Virus record (IMG/VR): IMGVR_UViG_3300032086_003797
Location: 110,626-174,625 of that record
Direction: 5' to 3' (one strand)
Source: a virus
DNA length: 64,000 nucleotides
Below, piece after piece: positions 46,867 to 56,234 of the stretch (positions are counted from its first letter, which is position 1; every line of letters starts with the position of its first letter). The notes under the pieces were generated by a model. That model made no database searches. It was not told the DNA's origin and saw only the letters and a program-made list of their open reading frames with translations. The translations under genes were made by a program, and so were the position numbers.

Positions 46867-49280
46867 TGAGTAGAAGAAACTTGACATTTTTTGGAACTAC
46901 GCAAGGGGTGCCACTTGAGGCATTTGATGACTTTGCCCTAACTCGTGGCTTGGATGATCTACGACGAGGTAGAGGAGAGAATAGGGGACAAGTTACATTT
47001 ACCAAAAGACGAGTACAAGTTGGTAGAGGTACTTTTGCCACTGAAGACAAAGTAGATATTGATCTAAATGCAATAAGGGTTGGAGTTGATGATGATGACT
47101 ATCGTCGTTTTGGTTCTCGGGAACTGAGAAAATTTGAAAACGCACTTGCTGACTTCTATACTGAAATAATCGAACCGATCCAATACAACACGATAGCTAT
47201 AGACATAGATCATCTGCCGTGGGTCCGAGACACTAAGGAAACAAACGATTATCTTAAGACAGTTGACTCTTCGGGGCAAATAGTAGAAATAACCCCAACA
47301 TATAACTATTATGCTGGCTCATATGAAGAAATGTTGCCTATGCTTGATGAGAGAATCCTTCCAAGCCTATATGAAACTGAAATCTGTAGAATATTAAGCG
47401 AACGTGATAATGATTTTTATGTTGGCTCTGATAGATCGCTGGCTAGCGCAAGAAGTCGTTGCAACGATCTACTCCCTCAGACTCCTGATGATTGGAATGA
47501 CTTCGGAACTCTTCTAGGTGAAAATCAAAACTTTAATCCTGATTCAACAAATATTACTGTTTTCCCACAAACAGAGATCAAACAAATATTAAACTTACAT
47601 GATAAGAAGAATCTGTACCCAATGTATGTGGATATAACATTCCCAACAGCCCCAACAGGACCATTCATGAAGGCTGTAGAGCAAGCTAAGTTAAGTACAA
47701 CTTTATTCGATACAATAATAGGTATCCAAACGGGAGTAGGACCAGCAACCTATCCCATCAAAGGATCTACCAGCACTGTGGTTAGACTTGATGAGGAGAC
47801 CGTTGAGAGCCAGCCAGCATCATTTACTGGACAGGTAGAGGTGCTGAGCATCGGACCCGCAATTGAAACAATGCTCAATCAAGCAAGAGCAGGACAGAAC
47901 GAGCAAGCAGCAAATGCAGAGTTCTTAACTCTTAGAGGAAACGAAAGGAACCCAGGGCAAGAGACTGGCAGTTGCCTTAGTTTGCTCGATCGAGTATACA
48001 TGAAAGCTATAACAGACAGAATCGATACTATCCTCAGCCGAGCAACCGCACCAGGCTTGATCAATAGACTGAACAGCAGAACGTCAATTCACCCAGCAAA
48101 AATTGGTTTACCTAATGATTTAGCCGAAGACACAGGGCAAGAAATTATAGCTTACTCTGTAGAAAAACGCTACGCTGGTCGAGCAGCGGTTTTGTCTACT
48201 CATATATTCCCCAACAGTGATGATTTGGGAGTTCTTAAGTATGTTGACACACAAGTAAAAAATGAGATAGATTATGAATACGATGTATATGCACACATAC
48301 TGACGACATCTGAAAGGGGAACGCTAGAATTTGAGTCCAATTTTGCCCCAAATCGATATGCAATTAAAACCACAGTGGCAGATAAAGAATTAGTTTTGGT
48401 CAAGGTTCCAGTCGCCTCTAAGAAAAACTTTGTAGACGAAGAGTTGCTAGCAAGAGGGCGTTTTGTAACGCCTAATGGTATATCATTCCCAGAGATAAGA
48501 ATAATTGATAGACCACCTGTCCCACCTAACTTTACATTTATACCATATAAGGGTGTAAAAAACAAACTATTAATCAAATTGGAACGTCAAACAGATGAAC
48601 TCACAGGACAGAGAACTGTTCCATTCATTCCTATTATGAATGGTGATGCGGATAGGTTTAATCTCCTTCGTGATCATCAGCTAATAGAAAACTTTGATTT
48701 ACCTGAAGGTCATGTTGAATTTAAATCTGAAGGTGAAGATACCACTTTAGTGCAAGTGTTTAGAACCACAGAAGAGCCAAGGTATGACATAGACCCAGAA
48801 GATGGTAGTATAATAAATATAAAGAAATCTGCATACGCTAATTTTTCTGATAATCTTTATAGGGAAGTAACTGCCGATGCTGGCTTGGCTTTTACTGACA
48901 CCCTAACACCCAATACAAAATACTACTACACGTTTAGATCTGTTGATTTAAGTGGCAATTTCTCTAACCCAAGCGCCATCATGCAGGTAGAAATTGTAGA
49001 AACTGAAGGTGTCACATATCCACTAATCAAAGAGTATATACCAAATCGAACAGAGCCAAATAAGCAAGACTCCAGAACAATGGCTAGGTTCTTGCAAATT
49101 AGACCATCTTATCTGATGTCAGAACCACTGCCAGATCCAGATGGTAACTTAGCAGTTGGGCAAAGAATAGACGACACAACATTTGGTAAGCACTATAAAA
49201 TTAGAATAACATCATTAGATACAGGTAGACAGTTTGACTTAAACTGCACCTTTGAGAAGAAAACACAGGAAGAGTCATGA
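46866..49280 (+). CDS. Hypothetical virion protein with fibronectin-III-like segments
   Basis: YVDTQVK...YEYDVYA and FTDTLTPNTKYYYTFRSVDLSGNFS FnIII-like motifs. Confidence 0.5.
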   Translation: MSRRNLTFFGTTQGVPLEAFDDFALTRGLDDLRRGRGENRGQVTFTKRRVQVGRGTFATEDKVDIDLNAIRVGVDDDDYRRFGSRELRKFENALADFYTEIIEPIQYNTIAIDIDHLPWVRDTKETNDYLKTVDSSGQIVEITPTYNYYAGSYEEMLPMLDERILPSLYETEICRILSERDNDFYVGSDRSLASARSRCNDLLPQTPDDWNDFGTLLGENQNFNPDSTNITVFPQTEIKQILNLHDKKNLYPMYVDITFPTAPTGPFMKAVEQAKLSTTLFDTIIGIQTGVGPATYPIKGSTSTVVRLDEETVESQPASFTGQVEVLSIGPAIETMLNQARAGQNEQAANAEFLTLRGNERNPGQETGSCLSLLDRVYMKAITDRIDTILSRATAPGLINRLNSRTSIHPAKIGLPNDLAEDTGQEIIAYSVEKRYAGRAAVLSTHIFPNSDDLGVLKYVDTQVKNEIDYEYDVYAHILTTSERGTLEFESNFAPNRYAIKTTVADKELVLVKVPVASKKNFVDEELLARGRFVTPNGISFPEIRIIDRPPVPPNFTFIPYKGVKNKLLIKLERQTDELTGQRTVPFIPIMNGDADRFNLLRDHQLIENFDLPEGHVEFKSEGEDTTLVQVFRTTEEPRYDIDPEDGSIINIKKSAYANFSDNLYREVTADAGLAFTDTLTPNTKYYYTFRSVDLSGNFSNPSAIMQVEIVETEGVTYPLIKEYIPNRTEPNKQDSRTMARFLQIRPSYLMSEPLPDPDGNLAVGQRIDDTTFGKHYKIRITSLDTGRQFDLNCTFEKKTQEES

Positions 49281-49304
49281 TAAGGGCGATAAATAGATTC
49301 AAGC

Positions 49305-49313
49305 ACTACTTAT
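49305..49313 (+). promoter_or_regulatory. Candidate late-promoter motif ACTAYTTA
   Basis: ACTACTTAT in intergenic gap about 30 nt before ATG 49344; same motif recurs before other genes. Confidence 0.4.
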
Positions 49314-49343
49314 TATTGACGACCTGTCCATAGGAGAGTTATA

Positions 49344-50315
49344 ATGGCATTTCTTGACAATAGCGGCGATATTATATTAGATGCCGTACTTACCGACACT
49401 GGTAGAAAAAGATTAGCAAAAGGCGACGGTAGTTTTAGAATTACTAAGTTCGCTTTCGGTGATGATGAGATCAACTACGAACTTTATAATTACAACCATT
49501 CAAGCGGTTCAGCATACTACGATTTGAATATCCTTCAATCGCCAGTATTTGAGGCTTTTACTAACAACACAAGCGTTATGAAGTCAAAGCTTTTGACTAT
49601 CGCACGCACCGATCTTCTGTATCTTCCAGTTGTACAATTGAATACTAATAATGAGGTTGGTGTAGGTCCCACTACAGACCCCACTGAGTCAACTCTAGCA
49701 GATAAAGCAGCGGCTGGATCATATGTCATAACAGTCAATGACGCAACGACAGCAATATTTGCTGGTGACAATACGTCCAAAGGGCTTATTAAGGGAGCCA
49801 GAGCAGATCTAGCCAACCAGGCTGTAATTGCTTTTGACCAAGGTATCGACAATAATGCGTTAGGGTTGATTCCATTGGGAGTTTCCAATACTCTAACTGA
49901 GACAGCTTATGTAGTAGAAATAGACAATAGGCTTGGCACAATTGTTACGCCCGATACAGATGCTGAGGATGCAAGAGTATCATTTGTAGATGATGATCAG
50001 ATTGCTAGTTATTACTTCTCCTTACAGGGCAGCCTAAGTGATAGTGCTTATTTTGATACAATTGGGCAAAACCAAGCGCAAACTGCTAACCTCAACTCCC
50101 CAATCGCTGGGCGTGCTGGATTGAGGTTCAACTTCAAGATTCGTGCAACTGACAATCTTGCGTCGAGCGACTATTTGTTCAACACGCTAGGTGGTTCTAC
50201 TATGACTCTTACCACTCCTAGCCAAGCATTCAAATTCATTGATAGCACAATAAGAGTCACAGGGTTTACAACAGGGTATCGTGTAGATATACCTGTTAGA
50301 TTTATTAAGGTATAA
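49344..50315 (+). CDS. Virion structural protein (tail/baseplate, tail-collar-like N-terminus)
   Basis: DAVLTDTGRKRLAKGDGSFRITKFAFGDDE; AGGAG RBS; structural context. Confidence 0.55.
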   Translation: MAFLDNSGDIILDAVLTDTGRKRLAKGDGSFRITKFAFGDDEINYELYNYNHSSGSAYYDLNILQSPVFEAFTNNTSVMKSKLLTIARTDLLYLPVVQLNTNNEVGVGPTTDPTESTLADKAAAGSYVITVNDATTAIFAGDNTSKGLIKGARADLANQAVIAFDQGIDNNALGLIPLGVSNTLTETAYVVEIDNRLGTIVTPDTDAEDARVSFVDDDQIASYYFSLQGSLSDSAYFDTIGQNQAQTANLNSPIAGRAGLRFNFKIRATDNLASSDYLFNTLGGSTMTLTTPSQAFKFIDSTIRVTGFTTGYRVDIPVRFIKV

Positions 50316-50328
50316 TAAGGGATAAGTT

Positions 50329-51465
50329 ATGGCGACTACATTTAAAACACTTCTACCAAGCGACGTTGTAGACACAAGAACCAAGTTACACGAGAATATT
50401 CCGATTACAGGAACGATCGTCTCAGGAACATATAACAATGAAAACATCCAAACTCACACTCATGGTATGTTTACCGCAGTATATGATTATCCCTATCTTA
50501 GTTCATCAGCAAACCACATTTACGATGTGACGGCTGGCTATTCATCCAACTCCGCTCTGAGTGGTACACACATAGTAGGCGGAAACCTTAGCACACAAAA
50601 AATAAACCTCTATAATCAAATGGCACAGGTTCTTGTTGGGCACGACGCCACAGGATCTATTCGTGATTTTGATGAGGACGGAAACCTAACTGGTGGCACA
50701 AAACTTAAAGAGGTTTTCTTTCTTAACTTTGCTCGCCTTCTCACAAAAGATGAGATTAAAAAAGGTACATTCCAGCTAGACATGTTTGTTAGTGGTAACC
50801 TCTTAGTGGGTTCCCAACCAGATGGCGGCAACGATGCAGGTACGGGCAAAGCTCGTGCCAAAAAAGTAAATCTTCGTGACCTCAATGCAGCCACCAACTA
50901 TTTTGTAAACTCACCAGCAGGTGAGTACGGTATCCTATATCAGAATGAGGGTTCATTTACAGCCACATCCAATTCAGTTGGCTTGATATATTATCAAGCA
51001 GGCGTTGCTGTCCTTACCGCCTCCTTATTTGATTCAGGAAGCACAGGTACAGGCACTACTCCTCTGAAACAGGGTAGTATCGTAGCAACTGATACACACT
51101 TGCTAGCAACAGGTGCTATCACAGGGTCATCGGCTCTACTGGTGACGGCAAGCCTAGATAATATTGCTAAAGTGGTCAATCACAGAATAGATAATATTTC
51201 CTTCAACAACACTACAGAGTTGAACTCCTCAGTTTATTTCTGCCGTGCTAACGCCAATGAGTTTAACTATAGTTCAAACCCAACGTACCTAAGTGCTAGC
51301 CAACTGCGTGTTAAGAGCACTGCTACTGACACACCAGTTTCGTACATCACAACAGTTGGTATGTATGGTGCTAATAACGAGTTGCTGGCGGTAGCAAAGC
51401 TCAGCGAACCCATCAAAAAGACACCTGCTAATGAGCTAACGTTGAGGGTCAGGCTAGACTACTAA
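50329..51465 (+). CDS. Virion structural protein (tail/baseplate)
   Basis: C-term ITTVGMY..NNELLAVAKLSEPIKK..RVRLDY shared with next gene. Confidence 0.55.
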   Translation: MATTFKTLLPSDVVDTRTKLHENIPITGTIVSGTYNNENIQTHTHGMFTAVYDYPYLSSSANHIYDVTAGYSSNSALSGTHIVGGNLSTQKINLYNQMAQVLVGHDATGSIRDFDEDGNLTGGTKLKEVFFLNFARLLTKDEIKKGTFQLDMFVSGNLLVGSQPDGGNDAGTGKARAKKVNLRDLNAATNYFVNSPAGEYGILYQNEGSFTATSNSVGLIYYQAGVAVLTASLFDSGSTGTGTTPLKQGSIVATDTHLLATGAITGSSALLVTASLDNIAKVVNHRIDNISFNNTTELNSSVYFCRANANEFNYSSNPTYLSASQLRVKSTATDTPVSYITTVGMYGANNELLAVAKLSEPIKKTPANELTLRVRLDY

Positions 51466-51476
51466 CGGGGGTAAAA

Positions 51477-52571
51477 ATGTCTTATCTCCATCGGTTCGGT
51501 CCAGATGATATATTTCATAACCAACTAAAAACGCACCCGCAGTTTAAAGTTACACTGTACAGCGGCTCTGCCTACATTAACGATCGCAGAAATGATAATG
51601 TAGGTAATGGCGTTATTGATTTATATGAAACCATTAATGGAGCTTTTCCGTTTGCCGTAAAAGATGGCACAACAACAGTACTAAACACAACAAACCAAAA
51701 CACATTTAATACCTCAGATTACGGTGATACCTTCAACGGCACATATCCACTATCAGCATCCGTAGACAGGGAAATGATCCAAAAGAATGGTGACCGCAAA
51801 AGAATGGCGGCATTACAAAATACTATAAACTATTACGAGTATCAAAACAAGCATTTTAACTTTGCAACACACTTCACTGGTAGTGATGTCAACTTGGTTA
51901 GTATTCCTAGTATAATGTTTGGCTCATCAATTAAAAAAGGCAGCGTAAAACTAAACTATTATTTTACTGGATCTCTGATGGCTACAGCAGAGGACTCGAA
52001 ACGCAATGGTGAACTTATAGAAACCAAGGGACCAAATGTTGGTAGCACAGTTGGGGTTGTTTTATACAACGAGGGGTTCATGCTGTTAACGGCTAGTTAC
52101 CATATTTCTAATGTCAACACAGATTGTTATTCGGGTTCAGCATCAAGTCAATTTGCTCCTAACTGGGCAAACTTTGCAGCGTACAACACGGGAACATTTC
52201 ACCCTAGCTCATCAATCTCAGAGATTAACTTTGAAGGCACACATACGATCCCTACAGTGACCATGTTTGCACACGCTCCTGAGGGTCAACTCAACGCCTC
52301 GATGAATCCAACATTTTATACCGATGGGCAGCAGTATGATGCAAATGATTTATCTAACACGTCTTTTGTAGAGCCAGATAAAATCAATATCAAAAACACA
52401 ATGCAATCAGTTTTTTGCTCATCAAGCGCCCAAATAGAAAAGCAGGTGTTTATAAGTAAAATAGGCATTTATGATCAAGACAAAAATCTAATAGGAGTAG
52501 CCAAACTAGCAAACCCAGTAAGAAAAGAAGAATCCCAAGGATTCACATTCAAATTAAAGCTTGACATTTAA
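51477..52571 (+). CDS. Virion structural protein, paralog of 50329..51465
   Basis: IKKGS, G.V.Y..G, N.S.NPT, C-term ISKIGIYD..KNLIGVAKLANPVRK..KLKLDI. Confidence 0.55.
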   Translation: MSYLHRFGPDDIFHNQLKTHPQFKVTLYSGSAYINDRRNDNVGNGVIDLYETINGAFPFAVKDGTTTVLNTTNQNTFNTSDYGDTFNGTYPLSASVDREMIQKNGDRKRMAALQNTINYYEYQNKHFNFATHFTGSDVNLVSIPSIMFGSSIKKGSVKLNYYFTGSLMATAEDSKRNGELIETKGPNVGSTVGVVLYNEGFMLLTASYHISNVNTDCYSGSASSQFAPNWANFAAYNTGTFHPSSSISEINFEGTHTIPTVTMFAHAPEGQLNASMNPTFYTDGQQYDANDLSNTSFVEPDKINIKNTMQSVFCSSSAQIEKQVFISKIGIYDQDKNLIGVAKLANPVRKEESQGFTFKLKLDI

Positions 52572-52589
52572 ATAAAGATAGTATATAAT
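52561..52589 (+). promoter_or_regulatory. Perfect-consensus sigma70 promoter TTGACA-N17-TATAAT
   Basis: TTGACA 52561-52566, TATAAT 52584-52589; ATG at 52597. Confidence 0.85.
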
Positions 52590-52596
52590 AGTCTGC

Positions 52597-53175
52597 ATGA
52601 TACTAGGATTAGATATTTCATCCACTATGATAGGCGCAGCCGTCATAGATCCCACTACTGGCGACCTGGTGCACTGTAAGGGCTGGGACTTGTCTAAGAT
52701 AGACAACAGCTACACCAAATACGAGATGGTAGGCTCAGAGCTTTATACTCTAAGAAGAGAGCATGAAATCGAACATGTTTTTATTGAGACAGCATTGAAG
52801 AGATTTGTCCCTGGTAGATCAAGGGCAGATACTATTATCAAATTGGCTAAATTCAACGGTGTTGTATCCTGGTTATGCTTTAATGAGTTGGAGCTTGAGC
52901 CAACATTTATCAATGTCAATACGGCTCGCTCTTTATATGGGCTATCCTTCCCTCGTGGCACTAAAGGACCACAAAGAAAGAAGATGGTTATCCAGGCGGT
53001 TATAGAAAGAGAAAAGACGTCGTTTCCTTATGAGATGGCTAGAGGCGGAAAAAACTATAAACGTGGAACAGACGACCGAGCAGATGCAGTTGTAATTGCT
53101 AGGGCAGGCGAGTTTTTGTTGAAGAACAAAGATAACAAAGGTTTCCTAACAGAAAAGATAGTTTTGACAGAGTAG
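52597..53175 (+). CDS. RuvC-like Holliday junction resolvase
   Basis: ILGLDISST..G, VFIE, L.KFNGVV, DDRADAVVIA. Confidence 0.8.
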   Translation: MILGLDISSTMIGAAVIDPTTGDLVHCKGWDLSKIDNSYTKYEMVGSELYTLRREHEIEHVFIETALKRFVPGRSRADTIIKLAKFNGVVSWLCFNELELEPTFINVNTARSLYGLSFPRGTKGPQRKKMVIQAVIEREKTSFPYEMARGGKNYKRGTDDRADAVVIARAGEFLLKNKDNKGFLTEKIVLTE

Positions 53176-53177
53176 TG

Positions 53178-53186
53178 ACTACTTAC
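53178..53186 (+). promoter_or_regulatory. Candidate late-promoter motif ACTAYTTA
   Basis: ACTACTTAC directly after the ruvC-like stop, upstream of the leader-ORF array. Confidence 0.4.
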
Positions 53187-53221
53187 TAACAGACGCTTTG
53201 CGTCCTGTAAGGAGAAATACT

Positions 53222-53521
53222 ATGAAGCTCACTGAAGACATGATTAGAGAGTTGATCAGAGAAGAGATCAACACCACCAATATTCAAGAAGAACCCGAAC
53301 CCGCCCCAGCAGAAGAATCTGATGTACCTAACCAGGTTAAGGTTGCCCTTAAGCAAATTATGGGCGACGGCGGTGATGCAAAAATTCTAGAAAAACTTAA
53401 GATGTATATGCAGAAGCAAAACGTCGCTAGACAGACAATGGTTGCAGATGTTCTGCTGAATATGATCGGCTTAGATTTAGAGCCTACGAAACTTAGAGCG
53501 GCTGTTACCACCAATGCATAA
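53222..53521 (+). CDS. Leader-family protein (MKLTEDMIRELIREE), unknown payload
   Basis: AAGGAG RBS before ATG 53222; type-B leader. Confidence 0.65.
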   Translation: MKLTEDMIRELIREEINTTNIQEEPEPAPAEESDVPNQVKVALKQIMGDGGDAKILEKLKMYMQKQNVARQTMVADVLLNMIGLDLEPTKLRAAVTTNA

Positions 53522-53969
53522 TATATTCACAGGCTGGAAACGCTTCCTTGCGGAAGAAAAAATGTCAGACCTCGGCAGCGGCGGTGCTTATGTCGCCAAG
53601 GTCGGTGGCTTGAAGGTTGTAATAGATCTAGATGATTTAGATCTGCAATCTACTAAGCACAGTAAAGAGCGACAATTTAGGCACGATAGAAAGATATCGA
53701 ACGAAGCTATCGTTGGAACAGTAGAGATGGCATTAGGCAAAATAATAAATGACTATGCAAACGGCGAGCTAGCTAATGAAGAGGCATTTCACATCAAGGG
53801 AGTCAGTAAAGCTAAGTCTGTCCCAGACCTTAATGTTATAGGGGTGCTCAATATGCAAAAAGGTCCTGACACACTAAAAGTAATTACAGTAATGAGAAAA
53901 GATGACTTCAAGACTGATAGTTTTGGAGGAGGTCAGCAGAAAACATATACTGTAAACCCAAGGCAGTAA
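53514..53969 (+). CDS. Leader-family protein (W..FLAEE) with possible RelE/BECR-like nuclease payload
   Basis: MHNIFTGWKRFLAEE; STKHSKERQFRH...KVITVMRK resembles DUF4258/BECR-fold patterns. Confidence 0.45.
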   Translation: MHNIFTGWKRFLAEEKMSDLGSGGAYVAKVGGLKVVIDLDDLDLQSTKHSKERQFRHDRKISNEAIVGTVEMALGKIINDYANGELANEEAFHIKGVSKAKSVPDLNVIGVLNMQKGPDTLKVITVMRKDDFKTDSFGGGQQKTYTVNPRQ

Positions 53970-53984
53970 CGAGGAGTCAGGGAT

Positions 53985-54263
53985 ATGAACTTCACACATG
54001 ATAACCTCAGGGAACTTATTCGAGAAGCGATCTTAGACGAAAAGAAAAAGCGTAAAGCTAAGAGAAAAGCTTCTAGTCGCCGTAAAGCTAAGAAGAAAAA
54101 AAGACGAGTAAAGCGTAAAGCTAAAAAAGCTAAAAGAGATGCTTGCTACCATAAGGTCAAGGCACGTTATGATGTATGGCCTTCAGCTTACGCTTCGGGT
54201 GCTTTGGTAAAGTGCCGCAAAGTTGGCGCAGCGAACTGGGGCGAAGGTGGTAAAAAGAAATGA
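53985..54263 (+). CDS. Leader-family highly basic protein
   Basis: MNFTHDNLRELIREAILDE then poly-K/R tract and DACYHKVKARYDVWPSAYASGALVKCRK. Confidence 0.65.
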   Translation: MNFTHDNLRELIREAILDEKKKRKAKRKASSRRKAKKKKRRVKRKAKKAKRDACYHKVKARYDVWPSAYASGALVKCRKVGAANWGEGGKKK

Positions 54264-54625
54264 AAATCACCAAAGATCAGCTACGGGAAATGATCAGAGA
54301 AGCACTTCTTGACGAAAAGAAAAAAAAGAAGAAGCGCAAGAAGAGAAAAGTAAAACGTAAGAAACGTAAGCTCACCAGTAAGCCAGGATCAGAATCGAAT
54401 CTTGGTGACTGGTTTGGTCGCAAAGGCGCACCAGGCAGTAAAAGCGGATGGGTAGATTGCAACACTTGTCGCAAAGATAAAAAGACAGGCAGAAAAAAAT
54501 GTAAAGCTTGTGGACGTGGTAGCGGTGAAAAGCGATCCAAATATCCAAAGTGCAGACCCACACCAGGGGCATGTAGCAAGCGAGGTAACTACGGTAAAAA
54601 ATCAAAGGCAGGTAAAAAAGGATGA
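54260..54625 (+). CDS. Leader-family basic Cys-rich protein
   Basis: MKITKDQLREMIREALLDE, poly-K, WF..GWVDC..CGR..YPKCRP. Confidence 0.65.
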   Translation: MKITKDQLREMIREALLDEKKKKKKRKKRKVKRKKRKLTSKPGSESNLGDWFGRKGAPGSKSGWVDCNTCRKDKKTGRKKCKACGRGSGEKRSKYPKCRPTPGACSKRGNYGKKSKAGKKG

Positions 54626-55323
54626 AGATTACAAAAGACCAAATTAGAGAACTGATTAAAAAGCAAATCGAAGAGCGTTGTCAAAAAGGTTACAAGACCC
54701 ACCCTACCCGCAAAACAAAAGTAATGTTTGGTAAAAAATATAGAAATTGTGTTAAGGCAGAATCAATCTCAGAGGGTGTACAATACCACATGCAAAATAA
54801 CCTTCCTATCACGGAATGTGTTTATCGTCTTGGTTCAGACGCTTACTTTGCCACAATCAAGGAAGTCAAACAACTCAATGAAAGAGGAATGTACAACTTA
54901 TCCAAAGAGGAAGAAGATTTCATAAATGAAAATCCTGACCTTGGAGAATGGGCTTGGCACGAGGAGGAGGGGCAAAATGTCCCGTTAGGATTCCCCATGT
55001 ATGTAGAAGCTTCCCCAGAGTTGTATGAGGCTAAGAAGAAGAAGGCAAAAAAGAAAGGTCCACTTGGGAAGCCAATGAGAAACACAGGCTCTGGCAAAAA
55101 ATATAAAGTTTATATGAAAGATCCTAAAACAGGGAACATAAGAACTATTACTTATGGAGACGCAAAGGGTGGTCTTGAGGGCAACTGGAATGACCCAGAG
55201 GCAAGAAGCTCATATGCTAAACGTCACAACTGTGAGGACAAGAAAGACAGAATGTCAGCAGGCTATTGGTCATGCAGATCCCATAAGGATTTTGGAAAGA
55301 ACGTACCAGGCAGGTTCTGGTAA
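54622..55323 (+). CDS. Leader-family multi-module protein
   Basis: MKITKDQIRELIKKQIEE; modules CQKGY..NCVK, CVYRLGS, and KKYKVY..GD..KRHNC..AGYWSC. Confidence 0.65.
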   Translation: MKITKDQIRELIKKQIEERCQKGYKTHPTRKTKVMFGKKYRNCVKAESISEGVQYHMQNNLPITECVYRLGSDAYFATIKEVKQLNERGMYNLSKEEEDFINENPDLGEWAWHEEEGQNVPLGFPMYVEASPELYEAKKKKAKKKGPLGKPMRNTGSGKKYKVYMKDPKTGNIRTITYGDAKGGLEGNWNDPEARSSYAKRHNCEDKKDRMSAGYWSCRSHKDFGKNVPGRFW

Positions 55324-55324
55324 T

Positions 55325-55603
55325 ATGTTCCCGTTTGAAGAGACAGTTATAAAGCATAACACAGTATTGCGTGAGTTTGCTCATGATGTCGATTCGGACG
55401 AGCTTATCTGGCACCTTGATCGTGAAGATAGAAAAATTAGAGTCCTGGAGTCTAACGGATGGAAATTACAACTTGACAACAAACTACCTATTATGTTAGA
55501 AGGTGGTAAGAGCTACTGGATACCTAAATACATGTACCACAGAGTTATTAAGGGACAAGGTAATCTTGTTGTTGAAATAAGAAAATACGAGGAAGAACAA
55601 TGA
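55325..55603 (+). CDS. Small cupin-like protein
   Basis: WHLDREDR...W.LQLDN..P...IPK..YHRVIKG.G.L (cupin-like His motifs); ATG 55325. Confidence 0.5.
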   Translation: MFPFEETVIKHNTVLREFAHDVDSDELIWHLDREDRKIRVLESNGWKLQLDNKLPIMLEGGKSYWIPKYMYHRVIKGQGNLVVEIRKYEEEQ

Positions 55604-56064
55604 AAAAACTACTAACAGAGTGGCGGAAGTATATAAACGAAGAAATAAAAGTAGCTGTCAATGCTGCTAAGAAGTATATTTGCCCACCTGCAACCCAAGA
55701 TCTCGAACTCAACACCAGGAACCGTGACGCCTCTATCAAAGCAGAGCACATTCAGTATGGACCGCTCAATGTAGATGAGCCAGGTGATTACTGGAAAGAT
55801 ATTGCTGAGTACTGGAACACAACTGAAGAAGCAGCTAAAAAATCAAATTGCAGCAACTGTGTTGCGTTTGATATTTCTCCACGAATGAAAGAGTGTATGC
55901 CAGGTGATACATCAGATGAAGATGGTGAACTAGGCTACTGCTGGATGCACCACTTTAAGTGTCACTCGGCTCGATCTTGCAGAACATGGGCTAAGGGTGG
56001 ACCCATAGATAAAGACGAGATATCCCACGACTGGCAAGAGAGAAATAAGTTCCCAGAGGAGTAA
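55600..56064 (+). CDS. Leader-family protein (MKKLLTEWRKYINEE) with Cys-rich metal-binding payload
   Basis: CSNCVAF..C..GYCWMHHFKCHSARSCRTW. Confidence 0.65.
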   Translation: MKKLLTEWRKYINEEIKVAVNAAKKYICPPATQDLELNTRNRDASIKAEHIQYGPLNVDEPGDYWKDIAEYWNTTEEAAKKSNCSNCVAFDISPRMKECMPGDTSDEDGELGYCWMHHFKCHSARSCRTWAKGGPIDKDEISHDWQERNKFPEE

Positions 56065-56065
56065 T

Positions 56066-56233
56066 ATGTTAACAAAACACCTTATAGAACAAGACATGAC
56101 ATACCTCCAGCACCTACTACATGCTGGCAAATATTCTGCCAAGCTAATGTTGTGTGCAGGTGGCTTGCTTATTCATGCAATATTTCCATTTATATTGGTG
56201 GATTTTGCATCAAAAAGAGTGGAGCTAAAGTAA
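56066..56233 (+). CDS. Small hydrophobic protein (DUF6356-like), 55 aa, absent from ORF track
   Basis: MLTKHLIEQDMTYLQHLLHAGKYSAKLMLCAGGLLIHAIFPFILVDFASKRVELK*; fills the gap exactly. Confidence 0.65.
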   Translation: MLTKHLIEQDMTYLQHLLHAGKYSAKLMLCAGGLLIHAIFPFILVDFASKRVELK

Positions 56234-56234
56234 T

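Noticed and set aside
27704-49296. T4-type late promoter (TATAAATA-like; CTAAATA/ATAAATA near 27705, 31001, 49289)
   Set aside because: Only partial matches, some overlapping stop codons; ACTAYTTA is the more consistent candidate, though neither has been tested statistically
18582-52571. Bacterial contractile injection system (T6SS/eCIS/tailocin)
   Set aside because: gp25/gp6-like genes sit with primase, resolvase, SbcD-like nuclease and a sigma-like gene, which fits a replicating phage
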